This document shows, one piece after another, positions 36,147 through 45,703 of a stretch of DNA of 64,000 bases. Position 1 is the first letter of the stretch; the number at the start of each line of letters is the position of its first letter. Under the pieces are notes generated by a model, which did not search any database, had not been told where the DNA came from, and was given only the letters and a program-made list of their open reading frames with translations. Origin of the DNA: Deltaproteobacteria bacterium. Lineage in GTDB: Bacteria; SAR324; NAC60-12. The translations under genes were made by a program, and so were the position numbers. The stretch is taken from contig JAYPUA010000004.1 of NCBI GenBank assembly GCA_038133845.1, positions 16,971-80,970 of the forward strand, in the 5' to 3' direction.

Positions 36147-37229
36147 TCAGGCTGCAGAGATGCGCGTCCAGGCTTCGTCAAAGAGGCGCTGCATGGCCTC
36201 TCCACGATACTTGGACGACTCGCTTCGCTTCAGGACCGCATCGGTGGGGAAGATCGCCGGATTGCCCCGGTAGTCGTCCCCCAGCTTGGCCTTGGCCGCG
36301 GCGTTCGGCGTGGCGTACTGGATGAAGTCGGCAATCAGCGCGCCCGCGTCGGCATCCAGCAGGTAGTTCATGAAGGCGTGTGCGTTCTCAGGATGCGGCG
36401 CTCCCTTGGGGATGCAGAGGCAGTCCTGCCACAAAAGCGTGCCTTCCTTGGGCACGATGTAGGCGATGTCGTCATCCTCCTCTTGAACCTGAATGATGTC
36501 TCCGTTGTACTCCATCGTCAGGTCGACCTCTCCAGAGAGCAGCAGATCCTGGCCGTTGTCCTCGGCAAAGACCTTGATGTGCTTCTTCTGCTTGATCATC
36601 AGGTCCTCCACTGCCTTCACTGCGGCTGGATCGGCGGTGTTCAGAGAGTGCCCCAGGTACTTCATGGCCACAGGGATGGTTTCGGACGGGCTGTTGAGCA
36701 CCGCGATCCTCCCGGAGTACTCGCTGGAGGCAAAGAGGGCCGACCAGCTGTCCGGAACCTTGGACACCTTGGATTTGCGGTAGCCGATACCGATGGTGCC
36801 CCACATGTAGGGCAGGCTGTAGGCACGCTTGGGGTCAAACGGCGCGTCCTGAAATGCCGGGTCGATGTTCTTGAAGTTCGGGATCTTCGAATGGTCGAGC
36901 TTGACGAGCATGTTTGCTCGGATCATGCGCTCCACGAAGTCGTTGGTCGGAACAATCACGTCATACCCCGGGTTGCCCTCCTTGAGCTTCGCAAACAGTT
37001 CGTCGTTGTCGGCAAAGAGGTCCATGGTCACCTCCACGCCGGTGGCCTTGCGGAAGTCGTCCAGCGTGGTCTCTCCGATGTAGGTGTCCCAGTTGTAGAA
37101 GTTGAGCTTCTTCTCTTCAGCGCTCCATCCTTCACCAGGCAGGAAGGTCAGCCCGGCGGCCACGGCCCCCAGGCTTTGAAGGAAGTGACGTCGGGAAACT
37201 CCGGAACGGCGTGTGGTGCGTGTGGTCAT
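36147..37229 (-). CDS. Polyamine-binding periplasmic protein (PotD/PotF family) with a Tat-type signal.
   Basis: RRHFLQSLGAVAAG twin-arginine motif, followed by PotF-like NFYNWDTYIGETTLDDF. Confidence 0.8.
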   Translation of the reverse strand: MTTRTTRRSGVSRRHFLQSLGAVAAGLTFLPGEGWSAEEKKLNFYNWDTYIGETTLDDFRKATGVEVTMDLFADNDELFAKLKEGNPGYDVIVPTNDFVERMIRANMLVKLDHSKIPNFKNIDPAFQDAPFDPKRAYSLPYMWGTIGIGYRKSKVSKVPDSWSALFASSEYSGRIAVLNSPSETIPVAMKYLGHSLNTADPAAVKAVEDLMIKQKKHIKVFAEDNGQDLLLSGEVDLTMEYNGDIIQVQEEDDDIAYIVPKEGTLLWQDCLCIPKGAPHPENAHAFMNYLLDADAGALIADFIQYATPNAAAKAKLGDDYRGNPAIFPTDAVLKRSESSKYRGEAMQRLFDEAWTRISAA

Positions 37230-37348
37230 GGGATTGCTCCAGCAGAAGGTTCAGCAAAAACACACCGGACGATCTCCTGATCACCCGGCGCAGAAAAAGT
37301 CAGGGCGCTTCGTCGAGGACTTTCAGCCCTCACAAACGCGTAGGGGCC

Positions 37349-38716
37349 TCAGCGACGGCCCAACTCCTCGGCAAGTTCGTTGAGCGTCTTGAGCGTCTTC
37401 TCGTAGATCTCGTCCAGGTGCGCGCGCGTGCTGATCAGCGGCGGAGAGAGGATCATGGTGTCCTTGACCGCACGCATCACCAGCCCGTTGCGAATGCACA
37501 GGTCCCGGCAACGGGTTCCGACCTGTCCCCGGTTCGCAAAGAATTTCCGGGAGGACTTGTCGTCGACCAACTCCAAGGCACCCAGCAGCCCTACATTGCG
37601 GACCTCTCCAATGAGCGGGTGGTCCTGGAACTGTGACCAGAGCTGACGCAGGTACGGTCCGGTATCATCGCGGACCTGCTCGACCAGGCCTTCGCGCTCA
37701 ATGATCTCCAGGTTTCGTGAGGCCACCACGCAGGCCGCGGGGTGTCCGGAGTAGGTGAACCCGTGCGCAAACTCCTTGCCCTTCTCGATGATCACCTCCG
37801 CAACGCGGTCGGCGACCAGCACCCCGCCAATTGGCAGGTATCCGGAAGAGAGGCCCTTGGCAATCGGCATCAGGTCCGGGCGGATGTTGAAGTACTCGGA
37901 GCCAAACCAGTATCCAGTCCGTCCAAACCCGCAGATCACTTCGTCGGCAATCAGCAAGATCCCATACTGATCGCAAATGCGCTGGATCTCTGGCCAGTAG
38001 GTCTCCGGAGGAACAATCACTCCGCCTGCCCCTTGAATGGGCTCTCCGATGAAGGCCGCGACGCGGTCGACTCCCAGCTCAAGGATCTTCTTCTCCAACT
38101 CTCCGGCCGCCTTGAGCCCGTACTCTGACGGGCTGAGGTCCCCTCCGTTTTCATACCAGTAGGGCTGCTCGATGTGGACGATGTCCGGAATCGGGAGGTC
38201 GTCGATCTCGTGGATGAACTTCTGCCCGCCCATGCTCGCTCCGGCGACGGTGCTTCCGTGGTAGCCGTTGATGCGGCTGATGATCACCCGCTTCTGGGGC
38301 AGCCCCTGCAGCTTCCAGTAGTTGCGCACCATCCGGAGCACCGTGTCGTTGGCCTCGGATCCGGAGTTGACGTAAAATACATGGTTGAACTGAGGCGGGC
38401 TGAGGCGGGCCAGCTTCTCTGAAAGCTCAATCGCCGGAGGATGTGTGCACTGAAAAAAGCTGTTGTAGTAGGGCAGCTGCTGCAGCTGCTCATAGGCCGC
38501 CCGCGCCAACTCCTCACGCCCGTAGCCCACGTTCACACACCACAGCCCGGCCATGCCGTCGATCACCTGCTTCCCCTCGGAATCCCACAGGTAGACTCCC
38601 TCGGCCCGGGTAATCACCCGAGTCCCCTTTTGCCCCATCTCCTTGGTGTCGGTGAAGGGGTGCATGAAGTGCTGGGTGTCGAGAGACTGCCACTCGGAGG
38701 TAGTGTGGTCGAGCAT
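37349..38716 (-). CDS. Class-III (omega) aminotransferase, putrescine/beta-alanine--pyruvate aminotransferase-like.
   Basis: The 455-aa product is of AT-III family type (NSGSEANDTVLRMVRNY). It directly follows the polyamine importer. Confidence 0.85.
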   Translation of the reverse strand: MLDHTTSEWQSLDTQHFMHPFTDTKEMGQKGTRVITRAEGVYLWDSEGKQVIDGMAGLWCVNVGYGREELARAAYEQLQQLPYYNSFFQCTHPPAIELSEKLARLSPPQFNHVFYVNSGSEANDTVLRMVRNYWKLQGLPQKRVIISRINGYHGSTVAGASMGGQKFIHEIDDLPIPDIVHIEQPYWYENGGDLSPSEYGLKAAGELEKKILELGVDRVAAFIGEPIQGAGGVIVPPETYWPEIQRICDQYGILLIADEVICGFGRTGYWFGSEYFNIRPDLMPIAKGLSSGYLPIGGVLVADRVAEVIIEKGKEFAHGFTYSGHPAACVVASRNLEIIEREGLVEQVRDDTGPYLRQLWSQFQDHPLIGEVRNVGLLGALELVDDKSSRKFFANRGQVGTRCRDLCIRNGLVMRAVKDTMILSPPLISTRAHLDEIYEKTLKTLNELAEELGRR

Positions 38717-38909
38717 AAAAAACTTTCGCAGGAGAAGAAGGGGGGAGTGCAGGCAGACGGATGCCTGAATCTTCCAAGGAAGACTACGCTATCGTGTTCT
38801 CAAAAAACAGCAAGCTTGCTTGATCTTGTGCTTTGAGGCGATTTTGCAAGCATGATCCAGTTTTCTCCAAAATGCAGCCCCTTCTGCCGCACCTTCGTTT
38901 GAAAACCCG

Positions 38910-39836
38910 ATGAACCCGCCTGAGCCGCAGTCCGAGCACAACACCCTCTTCGGCAAGCCTGCTGCCGAGGAGATCCGCAACGAAGTCCGGGAGCGGGCAG
39001 CCTGGTTTGCCGAGCAGGGTTGGCCCGTCAAACTGGTCTCGGTGACGGTGGGAGAGGTGGCCGATGCGGCGCTGTACGTTCGAAACCAGAAGCGAGTGGC
39101 CGAGCAGTGCGGGGTCTCCTTCGAGCAGCGCAACTACCCGGTTTCAGTCTCCCGCGAGGAGCTGCTGGCCATCCTGCAGGCGCTGAACAGCGACCCCCGG
39201 GTCACCGGGGTCATCCTCCAACGTCCGGTGCCGGAACATCTGAACGTCCGGGAGCTGCAGTCGGCCATTCACCCCCTCAAGGATGTCGAGGGCATGCACC
39301 CGGCCTCCATCGGAAACATTGTCTACCGCGACTTGGAGCTGGCCCCCTGCACAGCCACTGCGGCAGTGGAAATGCTCAAGCGCACCGGGCTGCGGCTGGA
39401 GGGACTGAACGTGGTGGTCATTGGACACTCGGAGATTGTGGGCAAGCCCATCGCCTTTCTGCTGCTTGCAGAAGGCGCCACGGTCACGGTCTGTCACCAC
39501 ATGACCCGGAACCTGGCCGTTCACTCTCGGGCAGCAGATGCGATCTTCGTGGCGGTTGGCAAGCCTCGCCTCCTCACGGCAGACATGGTCAAGCCCGGAG
39601 CCGCGGTGATTGACATCGGTATCAACCAGGTACTGGAGCCCGATGGCTCTTCCCGAACGGTGGGAGATGTCGATTTTGAGGAGGTCCGCAAGATCGCCGG
39701 ATGGGTCACTCCGGTCCCGGGAGGTGTGGGCCCTGTCACCGTCTCGATCTTGATGCGCAATGCTCTCAGCGCTGTGGAAAAACAGCGCCAGCACTATCAG
39801 TCCATGTTTGACGCGTCCGCGCTCAACTCTCTTTGA
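38910..39836 (+). CDS. folD: Bifunctional methylenetetrahydrofolate dehydrogenase/cyclohydrolase.
   Basis: FolD motifs PVPEHL and GHSEIVGKP; about 300 aa. Confidence 0.9.
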   Translation: MNPPEPQSEHNTLFGKPAAEEIRNEVRERAAWFAEQGWPVKLVSVTVGEVADAALYVRNQKRVAEQCGVSFEQRNYPVSVSREELLAILQALNSDPRVTGVILQRPVPEHLNVRELQSAIHPLKDVEGMHPASIGNIVYRDLELAPCTATAAVEMLKRTGLRLEGLNVVVIGHSEIVGKPIAFLLLAEGATVTVCHHMTRNLAVHSRAADAIFVAVGKPRLLTADMVKPGAAVIDIGINQVLEPDGSSRTVGDVDFEEVRKIAGWVTPVPGGVGPVTVSILMRNALSAVEKQRQHYQSMFDASALNSL

Positions 39837-39845
39837 GGGATACCG

Positions 39846-40928
39846 ATGACTCCAACTTCAACGCGATCCTGGCTGGCCCTGGGACTGATGAGCGGCACCT
39901 CGGCCGACGGCATCGACGCTGCGCTACTCCGGACCGATGGCGTGCGCATCCAGGAACAAGGACCAACGCTGGGCAAGGAATTGCCGGATTCACTGCGCCA
40001 AGGGTTGCTCGACCTGATGCGGGATGTGGGAGATCGCCAGAGTCTGGAGGAGGAGTTCACCCGGAAGAACGCCAAGGTGGTGCAGAGCCTGCTCGAACAG
40101 GCAGGGCTGGAGGCCTCGGAGGTTGACCTGATCGGTTTCCACGGACAGACCTTGCGACACCACCCGGAGTCCGGATGGACCGATCAGCTTGGAGATGGCG
40201 CCTTGCTCGCTCGCCTGACCCGGATCCCGGTGATCAACGAGTTCCGTCTCAACGACATGAAGCATGGCGGGCAGGGGGCTCCGTTTGCGCCGCTTTATCA
40301 TCAGGCGCTGGCAGAGTCGCTCCCCAAGCCGCTTGTGGTGCTGAACCTGGGCGGCGTCGGGAACGTCACCTGGCTCGGAACCTCCGGAGCGATTCTGGCC
40401 TTTGACACCGGACCCGCGAACGCCTTGATGGACGACGTGATGCAGTCCCGGGTAGGAGAACGGTACGACCGCGATGGGGCGCAGGCCTCGAAAGGGACGG
40501 TCGATGGCTCCTTGCTGAAGCGCTGGATGCAGCATCCTTACTTCACCGCGCCGGCCCCAAAATCGCTCGACCGCAACCAGTTTGAGGTCTCGGAGGTCTC
40601 GACGCTCTCCACCGCTGACGCGCTGGCGACGCTGCTGGAGTTTACGGTGGAGTCTGTGGCCGCAGCGAACGTCCTCTTTCCGGAAGCCCCGCAGGGATGG
40701 GTGGTTACCGGAGGCGGGCGGCGCAACGCCTGGCTGATGAAACGCCTGCAGGAACGCCTGCAGGTTCCCGTGCAGCCTGTGGAATCGGTCCAGTGGTCAG
40801 GAGACGACCTGGAAGCCCAGGCCTTCGCCTTCCTCGCAGTGCGCAGCCACCTTGGGCTCCCGCTCTCCCTCCCGGAGACGACCGGAGTCGCCCAGCCGGT
40901 CAGCGGAGGGCGGCTGCACCGCCCGTGA
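39846..40928 (+). CDS. anmK: Anhydro-N-acetylmuramic acid kinase.
   Basis: N-terminal GLMSGTSADGIDAAL signature. Confidence 0.85.
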   Translation: MTPTSTRSWLALGLMSGTSADGIDAALLRTDGVRIQEQGPTLGKELPDSLRQGLLDLMRDVGDRQSLEEEFTRKNAKVVQSLLEQAGLEASEVDLIGFHGQTLRHHPESGWTDQLGDGALLARLTRIPVINEFRLNDMKHGGQGAPFAPLYHQALAESLPKPLVVLNLGGVGNVTWLGTSGAILAFDTGPANALMDDVMQSRVGERYDRDGAQASKGTVDGSLLKRWMQHPYFTAPAPKSLDRNQFEVSEVSTLSTADALATLLEFTVESVAAANVLFPEAPQGWVVTGGGRRNAWLMKRLQERLQVPVQPVESVQWSGDDLEAQAFAFLAVRSHLGLPLSLPETTGVAQPVSGGRLHRP

Positions 40929-40968
40929 GCACCGCCCACGCCAGCTTTTTCACAAAATGTGAGACCGC

Positions 40969-42396
40969 TCAGGTCAGCAGAGTCGGTGCTGCCGTGAAGG
41001 ATTCGGTATCGGAAAACGGATAGGTCCCGCGGGGGAGATGGGTGAAAGAGAGGCTGGTGATGTCCGGAGGGACACATCCGGAGCCGACGACCAAGGCGTG
41101 CCGACGCGCAAACTGGGCGACCTCCGGAACGAGGTAGCCCAGCTTGACCACCACCACCGCAAAGGATTCCGGAATGAGCCCCAAGCGGGTGAAATCCTCC
41201 TGCAGGTGAAACGTGCGGCGCTGCTCCGTGAGGACCACGGTGACCGTCTCGCTTCTGAGCACAACACACGCTCCTCGGCCATCATCCGGAGCACTTTTTA
41301 CGAGGTGGAAGTCGACCTCAACGCTCTCCCCTGACGCATCCAGCGACGCGCCCACTCTCAGCTGAACCTGGGCGCACTCCGGGAGGTGCTGAACCTGCCG
41401 AACCGCTGGGGCATCGGCAACCCCTGCAATCAGGGTCCGGGCAACCCCGGAAGCCAACGCGGCCTTGAGCAGCTCTGCAGAATCACCGACTCCGCCTGCG
41501 GTGGGGTTGTCCGACGCATCAGAGAGCACCACAGGACGCTCGCCGGGCTCCTCGGCCCAGCGGAAGGCCTGCTCCGGAGTCCACAAAGGGACATCGCTCT
41601 GAAAGTCCCGGCGGGCCTCCCAGTAGCACTGAGCGAGCTGCGCACAGCGCTTCTGGGCTTGCTCCGGAGTGCTCGCGTAGCAGATCGCCGAAGCTGCGGC
41701 ACGGGGCTCGTCGGCCCAGGCATAGCCCACAAACAGCGAAGCGTCCTGCATCCCGGGCTCCTGGGAGCAACTCTCCACCTCGGCCCAGATCTCCTTTCCC
41801 GGCGACCACTCGGTCGAGGTCTGCTCGCCAGTGAGCAGCACCGGAATGCGCTGATAGGCCACATGCCAGCGCACGCCCTCCCAGCGCTGAGACAGCAGCC
41901 GCGCTGCTCGCTGCCGGGTCTCCCGGACATCAATGTGTGGCGCGGTGCGGTAGGCCGTCAACGCGTCGAGATGCCGACAGAGCTCCGGAGAAATGTTCCC
42001 GTGGGGGTCCATCGCCGCAATGATGGGGAGGTCGCCAACGACCCCCCGGATGTCACGGAGCAGGTCCGCCTCCGCATCCTGGAGGCCTTCGACAAACATC
42101 GCCCCGTGCAGGTCCAGCAGCAGGCCCTCCGGGGCCGCTTGGGCCAACGCTTCAAGAAGCTGCTGCTTGAGTTCCTGGTAGCAGCGTGGGGAGAGCGGTC
42201 CGCCGGGCATGGCACGTGCGAGAAAGCCCCCGGCCAGTTGGGTGTTTGGGAGCACGGAGAGGAAGTCCTGGGCCGCTGGGCTCTCTGAAAGCCGTGAGCC
42301 GTCAAAGATCCGAAAATCGAACCGCTCGGTGCGCAGCGGAGAGAAAGTGCTGGATTCGGTGGCGATTCCGGCCAGAGCCAGCCGTCGGGGGCTCAT
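40969..42396 (-). CDS. M81 family metallopeptidase (MlrC / DUF1485-like).
   Basis: N-terminal LAGIATESSTFSP and an overall length of 475 aa match the MlrC N/C-domain organisation. Confidence 0.65.
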   Translation of the reverse strand: MSPRRLALAGIATESSTFSPLRTERFDFRIFDGSRLSESPAAQDFLSVLPNTQLAGGFLARAMPGGPLSPRCYQELKQQLLEALAQAAPEGLLLDLHGAMFVEGLQDAEADLLRDIRGVVGDLPIIAAMDPHGNISPELCRHLDALTAYRTAPHIDVRETRQRAARLLSQRWEGVRWHVAYQRIPVLLTGEQTSTEWSPGKEIWAEVESCSQEPGMQDASLFVGYAWADEPRAAASAICYASTPEQAQKRCAQLAQCYWEARRDFQSDVPLWTPEQAFRWAEEPGERPVVLSDASDNPTAGGVGDSAELLKAALASGVARTLIAGVADAPAVRQVQHLPECAQVQLRVGASLDASGESVEVDFHLVKSAPDDGRGACVVLRSETVTVVLTEQRRTFHLQEDFTRLGLIPESFAVVVVKLGYLVPEVAQFARRHALVVGSGCVPPDITSLSFTHLPRGTYPFSDTESFTAAPTLLT

Positions 42397-42404
42397 GACG
42401 GTGT

Positions 42405-43307
42405 TCAGGTGGCTCGGTGCTCTGCCGGAGCCTGCCCGCTTCCGACGAGGAAGCAGCCGTGGTTGGCATCTCGACGAGGCGTCAGGGTACGGAGTCCGTA
42501 CTGCTCCTGTAGCAGAGGACGGAAGGTGTCGGCCATGCCGCCGGCGAGGTAGATGTCTCCCGGATCGTCAGGATCGACCAGGGTGAGCAGGCTGTCGGAG
42601 ATCTCCTGGGTGGCCCGGTCCAGCAAGTCACGGGAGAACGCGTCTCCCTCCGCAGCAGCCTCCACGACCCACGGTGCCAGACTCCCGTAGTCTGCCGGCT
42701 TGGCGTTCTTGAGCCAGCTGAGCTTGACCTCGCGCCCGGTGCCAATGTGGGCGTTCAGGCGTTCCCGGAGCGAGGACGAGGCGTGTGGAGAGCGGCTTCC
42801 ATCCTCCCACTGCAGCCAGCGTCGGATGGTCTCCAGCCCGACCCAGGCCGCGCTGCCCCGGTCTCCGGCGATCATGCCCCAGCCTCCACTGATCCTGCTG
42901 CTGCCATCGGGATACAGCCGGTGCACCACCGAGCCCGTCCCGATGATCATCAAGGTCCCGGGTGCCCCTTCACCGGCACCCACCAGAGCGGCATAGCCAT
43001 CGGTGAGAATCCGGGGCTGCCGGAAGCCTGCAAGCTGCTCCAGCAGCGCCTTGCGGATCCGGGAGAGTTCGGCACCAGCCAGTCCGGCAACCAGGCGGAT
43101 CTGAGAGGTCTGAGGGTCCTCCGGAAGTCCCAGCGCCTGCGCGACGCTCCGCCAGACGCTCTGCAGGCTGTTCATCGTGTCCTCCACGCCCCACCAGGCA
43201 TTTGCCGCTGGTCCGGAGGCTCGGGCCACGATCTCTCCGTTGCGGTACATCACCCCCCGGCAGTTGGTCGCGCCTCCGTCCACCGTCAGAATCCACTCGT
43301 CCGCCAT
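42405..43307 (-). CDS. BadF/BadG/BcrA/BcrD-type ATPase, N-acetylglucosamine-kinase-like.
   Basis: N-terminal ILTVDGGATNCRG and GTGS motifs of the ASKHA sugar kinases. Confidence 0.65.
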   Translation of the reverse strand: MADEWILTVDGGATNCRGVMYRNGEIVARASGPAANAWWGVEDTMNSLQSVWRSVAQALGLPEDPQTSQIRLVAGLAGAELSRIRKALLEQLAGFRQPRILTDGYAALVGAGEGAPGTLMIIGTGSVVHRLYPDGSSRISGGWGMIAGDRGSAAWVGLETIRRWLQWEDGSRSPHASSSLRERLNAHIGTGREVKLSWLKNAKPADYGSLAPWVVEAAAEGDAFSRDLLDRATQEISDSLLTLVDPDDPGDIYLAGGMADTFRPLLQEQYGLRTLTPRRDANHGCFLVGSGQAPAEHRAT

Positions 43308-43308
43308 G

Positions 43309-44454
43309 CTACCTCAAGCCGAAGGCATCCAGACGCTTCCACAGAGGCGTCAGGTCCCGGACGGTTCCGGAGAGCCGGGCCTCGTCCAGTTCCAAGGCCA
43401 CCAACCCGGCTTCAAGCGCATCCACGATCGACACCGGGAGCGTGTCCGTCTCCTCCCGGAAGTAAGCTGCCAGGTCGGCTACCATCATCTCATCTGCGCC
43501 ATAGTGCCCGGATGGGTCTTTTGAGGTGCTGGCGTAATCCTGGTCCAGCAGGCGTTTTCCGGTGCGAGCCTCGGTGATCCGCAGGTAACCACGCATAAAG
43601 TCCCCCTCGGCCATGCCCTGCGCCCCGATCACACAGAAGCGCCGGTGCTGATCCGGAGTGTTGAGGTTCGTGTGGAACACCATCCCGGCGCCGCTCTCGA
43701 ACTCCATGGTCGCGGTCTGGAAGTCGATGATGTCCGCATCGGAGCGGAAGGGATCCTCTGCAGCCTCCCAATAGGAGCGCTTGACCTGGTACACGTCGTC
43801 GTGTGCTCCCTCCGGAGGCGCGTGTTCCGGAACGAAGGAGCGCCGCCCGCCAAAGCTGGCCACCCGCACTGGGCGACATCCGGCGATCATGTTGTAGAGG
43901 TCCAGGTCGTGGCAGCACTTTTCCAGCATGAACCCTCCGGAGTAGGCCACCTTGCGCCGCCAATCGCGCATGAAGAAGGATCCGTGATACGGCGCGATGT
44001 GTTCGTTGGCCTCCATCGAGGCGACCGGTCCCAGCCAGCCTTGACGCATTCCCTCCCGGAGGTCGCGCATGTGTCGCGAGTAGCGCAGAACCAGCCCGAC
44101 CAAGACTCGGTCGGCCCCGTACTGGGCCAGCAACTCTGCCAGCTCAAAGGTCTGCGCCTCGTTGGTGACGACCGGCTTCTCGGTGAAGATCCGGACCTTG
44201 GCCTCCAGCCCGGCCCGGATGTGCTCCAGGTGGAGGTGGTTGGGCGAGCCGACAAACAGCAGGTCGGGCCTGGTGTCGGAGAGCATCGCTGACACGCCCG
44301 GGAAGCTCTTCAAGGGCGTGGTGACGCCGAGGCGCTCCAGCCCACAAGGCGAGGGGTCGACGTAGCCCACCACCTGAAGCTCCGGAAGAACCTCTCGGAG
44401 CAGTTTGATTACGTGTGCAGAGCGCAGTCCGAGCCCTGCAATGGCTACGCGCAT
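43309..44454 (-). CDS. Gfo/Idh/MocA family oxidoreductase.
   Basis: N-terminal Rossmann fold MRVAIAGLGLRSAHV...GSPNHLHLEH. Confidence 0.8.
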   Translation of the reverse strand: MRVAIAGLGLRSAHVIKLLREVLPELQVVGYVDPSPCGLERLGVTTPLKSFPGVSAMLSDTRPDLLFVGSPNHLHLEHIRAGLEAKVRIFTEKPVVTNEAQTFELAELLAQYGADRVLVGLVLRYSRHMRDLREGMRQGWLGPVASMEANEHIAPYHGSFFMRDWRRKVAYSGGFMLEKCCHDLDLYNMIAGCRPVRVASFGGRRSFVPEHAPPEGAHDDVYQVKRSYWEAAEDPFRSDADIIDFQTATMEFESGAGMVFHTNLNTPDQHRRFCVIGAQGMAEGDFMRGYLRITEARTGKRLLDQDYASTSKDPSGHYGADEMMVADLAAYFREETDTLPVSIVDALEAGLVALELDEARLSGTVRDLTPLWKRLDAFGLR

Positions 44455-44481
44455 GAGTCTCCGTGAAGGATGAGTTGCAGA

Positions 44482-45588
44482 TTAGAGCAAGACGGAAGGC
44501 ACTTCCCGGCGTCGCAGCGCAGTTCCGGAAGAGGCGAACGCATGCAGGTCCCGGGGCTCAATGTTCAGGTGAATCGTCTCTCCCTCACGCACTGACGCGT
44601 CCCCCGGAAGCATCGCACAGAAGCTGGAGTTTCCGGAGACGCTCCCGTAAGCCAGCGCCGAGCCGCCCAGGCGTTCCAGAACCTCGATCTGCATCGGCAG
44701 GCCCGCCCCGGAGGTGGAGAGGTTCAGGTCTTCCGGACGGATTCCGATCTCGATCGGCTGCCCGGCGAGGTCCTCTTGAGGATCGACGGGGAGCAGGATC
44801 TGGCCCAATCCAGCCAGTTCGATCTCCACTCCAGAGTCGCTTGCCGACACACAGGAGGCGGAGAGAAAGTTCATCTTTGGATGCCCGATGAACCCGGCAA
44901 CGAATCGGGTCTGCGGGCGGTGGTACAGCTCCATCGGGGTTCCGAACTGCTCAATCACCCCCTTGGAGAGCACGACAATCCGGTCGGCCATCGTCATCGC
45001 CTCCACCTGATCGTGGGTGACGTAGATCATGGTGGCGTTCAGGTTCTGATGGAGCTTGGACAACTCGACCCGCATCTCCCCACGCAGAGCCGCGTCCAGG
45101 TTGGAGAGTGGCTCGTCAAACAGGAAGACCTTGGGCTGCCGCACGATGGAGCGTCCGATGGCCACGCGCTGGCGCTGCCCTCCAGAGAGCTGTCCGGGCT
45201 TGTGCTTGAGGCGGTCGGTGAGTTGCAGCGTCTCTGCTGCCTGCATCACGCGCGCCCGCAACTCCCCCTCAGGCATCTTGGCCACCCGGAGCGGAAAGGC
45301 AATGTTCTCAAACACCGTCAGGTGCGGATAGAGCGCGTAGGACTGGAAGACCATCGAGATGCCCCGCTCGATCGGAGGGGCTTCGGAGACCTCCTCGCCG
45401 TCAATCATCAACTCACCGCTGCTGGCCTCTTCCAGTCCGGCAACGATGCGGAGCAAGGTCGTCTTCCCACACCCCGAAGGCCCCACAAACACCACAAACT
45501 CCTTGTCCTTGATCTCGAGGCTGATGTCGTGAAGCACCTGAGTGCTTCCAAAGCTTTTGTTGATGTTCTGCAACGTGACGGTGGCCAT
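44482..45588 (-). CDS. Sugar ABC transporter ATP-binding protein (MalK/UgpC-like).
   Basis: Walker A GPSGCGKTT, signature LSGGQRQRVAIGR and a C-terminal TOBE domain. The start was placed at the MATVTLQNI ATG. Confidence 0.85.
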   Translation of the reverse strand: MATVTLQNINKSFGSTQVLHDISLEIKDKEFVVFVGPSGCGKTTLLRIVAGLEEASSGELMIDGEEVSEAPPIERGISMVFQSYALYPHLTVFENIAFPLRVAKMPEGELRARVMQAAETLQLTDRLKHKPGQLSGGQRQRVAIGRSIVRQPKVFLFDEPLSNLDAALRGEMRVELSKLHQNLNATMIYVTHDQVEAMTMADRIVVLSKGVIEQFGTPMELYHRPQTRFVAGFIGHPKMNFLSASCVSASDSGVEIELAGLGQILLPVDPQEDLAGQPIEIGIRPEDLNLSTSGAGLPMQIEVLERLGGSALAYGSVSGNSSFCAMLPGDASVREGETIHLNIEPRDLHAFASSGTALRRREVPSVLL

Positions 45589-45703
45589 GGACTCAGCCTC
45601 GCTTGGGGTCGTGTGTTGGGTATTTGGTTGTCGGGAAATGGCCTCCGGGAGATTCCCGGAGGCCACCTCGGCAGGGAGTCCCTGCCGAGGTGCAACAGGA
45701 GGG

